Shown piece after piece: positions 56,449 through 64,000 of a DNA stretch of 64,000 bases. The notes under the pieces are model-generated. The model saw only the letters and a list, made by a program, of their open reading frames with translations. It was not told where the DNA came from and made no database searches. Origin of the DNA: Rhynchopus sp. YZ270_cl-10 (lineage: Eukaryota). The position numbers were made by a program, and so were the translations under genes. Location: assembly GCA_964035575.1 (NCBI GenBank), contig OZ037843.1, positions 62,001-126,000 of the forward strand. Reading direction: 5' to 3'. The number at the start of each line of letters is the position of its first letter. The stretch's first letter is position 1.

Positions 56449-58407
56449 TATGCGGAACTCAGCTGCATCCACTCGACGTTTTGGATAAAGAAAACCAGAG
56501 GCGAAAGGGGGGTTTCGGGGGAAAAGTTTAATTCTTGAACGCATCCCCACACTCAGTATTTTTTTGTGGTTTCGACAATCACCTGTCCGAGGACGGGTTC
56601 TGTACACAAAGTCGCCCGAAGGCTAATTATGAACGTAAAAAAAATGGCAAATTTCCTGATGTGTGGCGCACAGCTCTGTTCCTTGTTTATGTTTCCCCCC
56701 ACCCCCCTACTTTCTTTGTGGTTGTTGTCAGATACGCTCAATCGCCTATCGAGTTTTGTTTGAATAGCACGGAACTCCTTGTGGATCCATGGAACGACAG
56801 TATCATATGTGATACGAGGGAAACATTTTGAGGGGGGAAAAAAGGGGTGTCGTTGAGAAAAACAAACAACGGACGCGATGTGTGAAAAATTCTCGAGAGA
56901 CTCGTTACTCTTTGCTTGTTTGCTCAAAAGGCTGAAAAACGGGAAGAGGAAAAATACTGGAAAAATACATGACACTTGTGACTAATATGTCACAAGGGTC
57001 ATGTCACCGAAAAAATTATTAAGGTTGTTTGCTGTTCGCTTCCACTCACTTCCAAATTTTTTTCTCGACTTGATAACGGTAAATACGCAGATTTACGGTT
57101 TGAAGGTGTTTGCCTAAAGTACAGAAAATTGTTATGGAGCACAAAGGGGAAAAGAGAGGGGGAAAACAAGCGGGGGAGGTGGATACGAGAACGCGCGACT
57201 TTTCACGAGGGTCTCGAGCATGGTCTCACATACTACGTGTTTACTAAAAACAAAACGATTGTTTCTCTGCGCGTGACATATTGTGAGGGATAAAACATTA
57301 ATGAAAATGTCCTCACCCTCGTCACCAGGTCGTGGGCTGGACCTAAAACTGCATCCGGGGGTCCTTTCGTGGCACTTCCTCCAGAAACCCTGTGAAGGTC
57401 TTGGCCTGAGGGTACAAAGTGCTGGGATGGCTAACCCTGGGAAATGAAGGTGGTCACACACTGTGGAGGTACACACCCGATCCCTAATGAGTCAACACTA
57501 CACCTAGGTGCCGGCCTATTACTCGTCTAGTAGGCAAGGGGGAAGTACAGACACCACCGCAGCCAGGACACCTCCCTGAGGCTCTTTACAATGATGAGAA
57601 TATTAACCAAAACCCCACACCAAGTGTGACTCTCACTCACACCGCTGGCGGGCACACTTCGGCACGTGCCTGTGAGGGCTGCCCTGATTGATCTTCCCAG
57701 TAACTAGCGAATGCTGCCTGAGTATAAAAAAAAATGTATTATCACTACTTCCCACTCGATGAGACGGTGCTTCCGAAACCACTGTGCCATCGAAAGTGGT
57801 GTTCATGTTTGAGATGCAGGGGTGGAGAATAAAATCTGTTACATCAAAGAAACGCGTGCTTATTGTTTAATCTTGTTCCCCCCCCCAAAAGTCCCGAAAA
57901 CCCCCGAAAAGCCGCGTCCTGAAGTAAGGGGGAGAGGTGGAGCACAAAAGGGGGGAAGGGGAAGACGGTAAGACTCATGGCGACCGACGAGCGCGTCCTT
58001 CAGTTCCAGATGCATTGCATACTCGTACAAAATTACCCAGTTAACGAAAACATCGAGGGTCTTGGAAAAGACGCTCCTGATGGTCACACAGATGAACTCA
58101 AAACAGTGTAGTGTAGAAAACAATGGAGAAGTCAGCAAGACATACATGGGGCCTTCTTTCAAATGATATAACGTGAATGAAATGTTACAGGATTGTGACA
58201 TTGCTTGTCATTTGGTTGTGGCCTTTCTAATGGGGGTATTGGCCTCACACTAAGTTTTGACCGCCCCTTGAAAAATCATTTGTGGGCCAGATTTTCAAAA
58301 AATAAAATAGTTGACCAAAAATGTGTTCTCGTCCTGTGCTGGACGTAATTGCATCCGGGGGCCCTTTTGTGGCACTCCACCTGAAACTCTATGAAGGACA
58401 ATAAGCA

Positions 58408-61026
58408 TCAGTGCAGATCCACAACGAACGGTGCATAAGCCTTCGCCGTCACATAGCCGGTAAGCTCTTCGTAAGGTGTGCGTTGGTCCTGAGCGACGCT
58501 GTCCAGCAGAGAAGACGCCTTCTCAAAGTCCTGTTTGATGATGTGCTCGAAGACCTCGTTCCACAGTGCGTGCGGGTTGTTTGAGGCAGACTCCAGCTGG
58601 TACATCCACTCCTCGTTTTCGCTGCTGCACAGACCCTTCACAGCAAACACAGTCTGCACCTTGTCACTCAACTTCTGGTACAGCACAGCACCTACACACT
58701 GGAGCACTACCTGTCCCTCAGCCTCACGTGATACGTTACGGTCAACGACACCAGGAAAGTTGTACTGCTTCTTGTTCCAACGCTCAAGCACAACCACCCA
58801 CGACATGGACTGCGAGAGAATCGACACCTTCTTCATCCCCTTGCAGCCCATGTTCCCGACACGTGCCTCGCCTGTCGTGCACCCATACGAGATCTTGTGC
58901 ACATCGCCAAGTGCTGTTGCAACTTCGTGAGCAGCATGCACACAGGCAACACTGTGCGACGGCTTCGGAACAAAGGCGTTGAAGGTGGCAAGCATCTTGT
59001 CGCCAGCAAACGTGTCGCACACACCCTTGTTGTGTAGCACTGCTGTCAGCATCCTCTCAATCACACCTGCGTGTGCGGAGAGCACCTCTGCGTCCTTGTG
59101 CTTCTTGCAGAAGGCGTGCCACGACACGACGTTCATGTGTGCCAGCGACACCTTCTTCTTCTTCATCCCTTCCACACGCAGCAGTGCCTTCTGGTGCTGT
59201 ATCTCAACAACTGAACTCTGTGTCGTAGGTGAATGACCGGACATGCCTGACTGCGACCTCGTCTCCCGTGAGGACTTCGTTACGGACACTTCCTCATTCT
59301 CGGTGTCGTTGACAAGCACACTCTGTGGCATGTAGTTCCGGTACTCCACCAGGTTCCCCACCATGGTAACAAAGCTGCGCTGCATCATCCCCACTTCACT
59401 CAGCTGCGACACTGCACGGCCCGTGTCCACAGCCTCCAGGTCCATCACAGCCACACTTGCCATCTCACTCCCAAGCTTCAGCAGAGGTGACGTGATGTAA
59501 CGTGTGAACACAACAGCAATGGCAAGAAGTCCTATCACCGCAACAGCCGTCACAATCACCATCACAATCACCGCATCCTCCTTCTGTGCGTCTGCAGAGG
59601 ACAGATCTGATGCCACCTTCGCACGGATTGCATTCGTCGACGCATCGATCGTATCCATCACAGACGCCCGAGGCACAAGAAGGGTTGAATACCAGAAGAT
59701 CGTGCTGTGTTCAATTTTCGACGTAATTGTCCAGAAGTCCGTACCGTTCGAGTCAGACCACTTCAGGAAGGAGTCCTCTGACATCTCCACAAAGTCTTCG
59801 TAGTTCCGCGGGTGTGTGAACACAAACCGCCCGTGCTCTGCAATCACTGAGGGGATGTGCGACGTCGCGTCTTCCATCGAGTGGTTCGTGATGTTGATGC
59901 TGATAACAATGGGTAGAACCGCACCCCGCCAGTTAGTCATTGTCGACGTCACCACCTGCCGTCCTCTGTTGTACGCGACAAGTGTCCCCACTGCACCAGA
60001 CACACGGTCGTCCTCCACCAGGTACAGCGACGTGCCGGTCGGGAGCAGCTGTGCACGCACCACGTCGGCCACCCCGTCTGCAGTCAAGGTTGCACTGACG
60101 GAACCCACACGCTTGCCCTGCTTGGGGAACATCGTGTACATATCTGGGTGGGTGTAGGTGTAGGTGAGCACCCAGGCCACGTAGTCAAACTGTACATGCA
60201 TGGGTGTGTACATAAGGGTGTCTGCAGGGTCCAGAGGTGGCTCATCGGCACTCAGGTAGTGCAGCTGTCTCCCACGCTGGGCAACGACCGGGTTGTCAAG
60301 GGGTTCGACGCCAGCGATGGGGAAGATGCACAATCCACGCAGCAAATCTTTGTTGTAGTCAGGGTTGTAGTTGCACGGCAGTGAGGGGTCTCTGATGTCG
60401 CCCAGTTCGTTGATTTCTGTGTATATTGAGTAGTCGGAAAGTCCCTCTGCCAGCGTCAGGTGGTCACGTGACTCATACAGCATAAGAATCTTCGTGCCGT
60501 TCGTAGGTAGCACACCACTCGCAGGATTCGCAATCCTGTGTGTGAACCGCGAGCCCCACCCTGCAAACCCGTCACCCCTCTTCCACGGAACAGGATGTGC
60601 CGCACTCCACGCGTAAGCTTCGTGATTGATCTCGGTCACCCCAGCCGTCATCCCAGCCTTAAAAGCAGACAAGGCCGCAGGACGCATTATTTTGCGAGAA
60701 AAGGCGGGGTTCGTGGTGACGTTTGGGTGGTGTGCCCTCGCCAGGTTGGCAAGCGCGATAATGAGCTGCTCAGGAACCTTCAGGTACTCCTTCACAGCGG
60801 TTTCCACGTTGCCAAGCACAGAGCGCAGGTAGCGTGACGAGACCGTTTCGATGTCCGCCGTACCACTGTCGAGACACATCCCGAAGCCCTCGTCACCTGT
60901 GTCACGTGCCTTCTCCAGAAGGTCGTCCCATGTTGACAGAGTGAAGCCACCGATGATCGCACCTGTCGACAGAATCAGCACCACACACAGCAGTATTGTC
61001 AGCGACTGGATCCCGCATGACACCAT
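58408..61026 (-). CDS. Receptor-type cyclase-like protein, copy 2 (872 aa from MVSCG)
   Basis: Paralog of 49986-52601. The longer ORF to 61311 is probably non-coding leader because the equivalent region is not in frame in copy 1. Confidence 0.88.
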   Translation of the reverse strand: MVSCGIQSLTILLCVVLILSTGAIIGGFTLSTWDDLLEKARDTGDEGFGMCLDSGTADIETVSSRYLRSVLGNVETAVKEYLKVPEQLIIALANLARAHHPNVTTNPAFSRKIMRPAALSAFKAGMTAGVTEINHEAYAWSAAHPVPWKRGDGFAGWGSRFTHRIANPASGVLPTNGTKILMLYESRDHLTLAEGLSDYSIYTEINELGDIRDPSLPCNYNPDYNKDLLRGLCIFPIAGVEPLDNPVVAQRGRQLHYLSADEPPLDPADTLMYTPMHVQFDYVAWVLTYTYTHPDMYTMFPKQGKRVGSVSATLTADGVADVVRAQLLPTGTSLYLVEDDRVSGAVGTLVAYNRGRQVVTSTMTNWRGAVLPIVISINITNHSMEDATSHIPSVIAEHGRFVFTHPRNYEDFVEMSEDSFLKWSDSNGTDFWTITSKIEHSTIFWYSTLLVPRASVMDTIDASTNAIRAKVASDLSSADAQKEDAVIVMVIVTAVAVIGLLAIAVVFTRYITSPLLKLGSEMASVAVMDLEAVDTGRAVSQLSEVGMMQRSFVTMVGNLVEYRNYMPQSVLVNDTENEEVSVTKSSRETRSQSGMSGHSPTTQSSVVEIQHQKALLRVEGMKKKKVSLAHMNVVSWHAFCKKHKDAEVLSAHAGVIERMLTAVLHNKGVCDTFAGDKMLATFNAFVPKPSHSVACVHAAHEVATALGDVHKISYGCTTGEARVGNMGCKGMKKVSILSQSMSWVVVLERWNKKQYNFPGVVDRNVSREAEGQVVLQCVGAVLYQKLSDKVQTVFAVKGLCSSENEEWMYQLESASNNPHALWNEVFEHIIKQDFEKASSLLDSVAQDQRTPYEELTGYVTAKAYAPFVVDLH

Positions 61027-61917
61027 TGTTCTGAGGTGTACAGAAAGGGAAGAAAGTGTCTGCGGATGTGTGGTGGTGTGTGGATGCCTTGTGAGGGTAA
61101 CTCTTGCGAAGTCGCGTTGTAGCGATTTCACTGTTGATAACGGTAAATAGCAGATTTCCGGTATGAATGTGTTCGCCTGAAGTGCAGAAAGGCTGTCATG
61201 GAGCACAGGGGAGATAAGAGAGGGGAAACAAGCGGGGAGTTTGAATGGGGTTTTATTGAAGTTTTTTATATGTTTGCTTTGTGCTCTTGTTTTTTTTTTG
61301 TTTTGTAGCATGGGTGTCTGGGGGGGGAAAAAAGTTTTTTGGGGAAATAGCTATTATTTGGGGGTAAACTTATTCGGGGGCCCCCTTTACTTTGAGGGTG
61401 ATACCTAAAATAAAAAATGGGTATCAAGAATAGGTATTGGGGAGTTGTTAGAGAAGTTAAACCAAAAAATGAAAGATGAGTGCCTTGTAAAAGACACTCC
61501 TGATGTTCACCCACATGAACATGATGCAGTGCGGTGTGTCACACCGGAGATAACATGTCTGTGTACTTAAACTCAGACTCGTGCTTTTTTTCACACCTTT
61601 ATGGTTCATCGAATCTCTTGATAACACTCAAAAGCGCTGCCAGAGTGTCACAGCCATGCGGAAAGCTCAGCTACTCAAGAAATCTTAATGTACACACTTT
61701 GTTGATTCTAAAAACGGGGTGGGGAAAAAATCGCGAATAGAAAAAATGGGTGAGATATTGAAAAGTTGGAACGCTTCCTCACCCAGATCACACATATGTC
61801 ACTTTCACAAGTGTCATGTCCCCGAAAAAAATAAATACATTACAACTCCCTATAAGGACCCCAAAAATGCAAATACGGAACCCTTTTAGCTTGTTCCCTT
61901 GAACCATACATGTTGGT

Positions 61918-62110
61918 ACGTACGTAAAACGTGCAAAAAACGCGCAAAAAACGTACAAAAAACACAAAAACGTACTACGTTTTTCAAAAATAATCAAAAT
62001 AATCACTTTTTATTACAACATCACAGCAAAAATAATATTTTTGCTCTGTGTTTTTGGTACGTTTTAGTACGTTTTTTTGCGCGTTTTTGTTACGTTTTTA
62101 TGACGTTTTT
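61918..62110. repeat. Low-complexity foldback of AAAACGTAC/GTACGTTTT units
   Basis: AAAAAACGCGCAAAAAACGTAC mirrored by GTACGTTTTTTTGCGCGTTTTT. Confidence 0.6.
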
Positions 62111-63127
62111 TATGGGGTGTCCCCAACCCCGGTGAAATCCGGGCGAAATCGGGTGAAATCGGGCGAAATCGGGCAGAAACAGGGTTTTTTGGCTTCTGTG
62201 AGGGTTTGGCCCAGTAAAACACCCAGAAACCGCGCTTTTCGAGATTTCCGGGCTGGGTCTGGGTGAAATAAAAACAAGTAATTGCTATCGGAAAAAAAAC
62301 GGGGTGTGATGTGGAACTCCATCCTGTAGAAATAATCTACAACACGCCCAGCATTCTGCTCTTCTGCAGGTATTCTAACGCTCTTCGTACGCTGCCAGAC
62401 CCACTGGGACGCCAGCATCTGAAACGTTCAAGAAGGGGGGCTGTCCTCTTCTTCCAGCACCATCTGCTCGATAGCGTTGTTGGACGCCCGCTCGGCAGGC
62501 TCGGCGTGTTCCAGCTCGTTTTTGTCCACAGGCTCCCCACATTGTCGTCGTCGTTGGAGCAGTGCGGAAGGAACACAGAATGCACAGACTACAACACATC
62601 GATCACACCAGGCGCATCAGCACCTCCAGCAAATCGCCAGGATGCTACGGTGGTTTTGAAAATCGCGCGGAGTTTTCCACAGCACACCCCGCTTTTTTCT
62701 TAGCAATTACTTGTCCTTGTTGTTATTGTTGTTTTCAACCACCTTCCTTCAACCCTTGTAGGATCAGTTGTTATATTTTTCGCGAAAACATGAAATTACA
62801 CATTTCAAGAGAACAAATTAAAAAGGGTCCTTATTTGCATTTTTGGGCTCCGCCCGTGCAGTGGTGGGGTCAATCTCGAAAATTGGACAATTTTTTGACC
62901 ACTTAAATTTTGAGAAATATGAGCCCGGTTGCTTATACGTGGGGCCCATTTTCGGCTAAAATTTTCCTCAAAATCTGGTTTTGTAAAATTGACCCTTTAC
63001 TCCCCCCCCACATCGATTTCAATACTATACCTTACTTCACCTACGGTTGCCCTTACAGGGGGGTGAAGGAAGGTAAGTTGAAAAATCGGCCACTTTCGTT
63101 GAGCAGAACCCCTTTAGGTGACTCACT

Positions 63128-63577
63128 GTACACAGTACACAGTACACAGTACACAGTACACAGTACACAGTACACAGTACACAGTACACAGTACACAGTA
63201 CACAGTACACAGTACACAGTACACAGTACACAGTACACAGTACACAGTACACAGTACACAGTACACAGTACACAGTACACAGTACACAGTACACAGTACA
63301 CAGTACACAGTACACAGTACACAGTACACAGTACACAGTACACAGTACACAGTACACAGTACACAGTACACAGTACACAGTACACAGTACACAGTACACA
63401 GTACACAGTACACAGTACACAGTACACAGTACACAGTACACAGTACACAGTACACAGTACACAGTACACAGTACACAGTACACAGTACACAGTACACAGT
63501 ACACAGTACACAGTACACAGTACACAGTACACAGTACACAGTACACAGTACACAGTACACAGTACACAGTACACAGT
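63128..63577 (+). repeat. (GTACACA)~64 heptamer microsatellite
   Basis: Seen directly; the ORFs through it are repeat artefacts. Confidence 0.98.
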
Positions 63578-64000
63578 TTGGGTGGGTATTGGCACAAACC
63601 ATTGTAGGTACACGCGCCAATAACGTTCAACCCGCTCCTCCAGGCTGTTTCCTAATTCTGGAAATTTTCCGGAAAATTCCGACATCTGGAAGCAAATATT
63701 TTCCCTGAAAAAAAGTGGGCTCCAAAACATGCCGCGATTGGCGTTTCCGGAATCCGTCCGCGCTGTGGTGGGGCCACTTTGCCGAAATGGCCAAGTTCTT
63801 GGTTTTGGTCAAACCCCGCCCAAGCTCCCCACCGCCAACCCAAAAAAAGGAATTTTTGAAATCCGGGCGAAATCGGGCGAAATCGGGTGAAATTGGGTTC
63901 AGGTGGGCACAGGTGGGCCCAGGTGGGCTCTAGGGGGGCGATTGTGGGCTGGTCTCGGGACACCACAATTTTATTAAAAACATTTTTTGATTATTTTGCG

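Noticed and set aside
57740..57810. Possible hammerhead ribozyme (CTCGATGAG...CGAAA)
   Set aside because: Core is not the canonical CTGATGA and the three stems could not be built.
61027..61311. 95-aa N-terminal extension of cyclase-like copy 2
   Set aside because: Equivalent region in copy 1 is not in frame; likely leader sequence.
62300..62650. GC-rich coding-like patches (also 55030-55270 and 21540-21770)
   Set aside because: Short, interrupted and without recognisable homology.
62910..63730. Long ORFs with HSTQYTV or CTVYCVL repeats
   Set aside because: Translations of a stop-free 7-bp microsatellite in several frames.

Overview
Eukaryotic, transposon-rich DNA. The gene types and the strictly co-oriented, apparently intronless genes suggest a euglenozoan protist such as a diplonemid (inference). 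All host genes are on the minus strand: a 10,033-bp tandem array of giant DUF3638/DUF3645 SF2-like ATPase genes (one partial, two complete), a 368-aa putative methyltransferase-fold protein, three secreted EGF-repeat paralogs, an LRR/zinc-finger protein, and two TM-sensor-TM-HAMP-cyclase-like receptors. Intergenic DNA holds many non-autonomous DNA transposons. The most notable region is 33.1-45.1 kb. It contains two near-identical inverted copies of a 1.66-kb element encoding an intact tyrosine recombinase (YR). Each YR gene is bracketed by inverted repeats and followed by a ~150-nt imperfect hairpin whose mismatches are G.A pairs on one strand only. Sequence-diverged hairpins with the same structure recur as a solo copy at 33.2 kb and between three IR-bounded cassettes carrying diverged YR 5' fragments at 41.4-43.4 kb. 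This resembles a eukaryotic, attC/integron-like recombination system acting on folded single-stranded DNA (hypothesis, not demonstrated).
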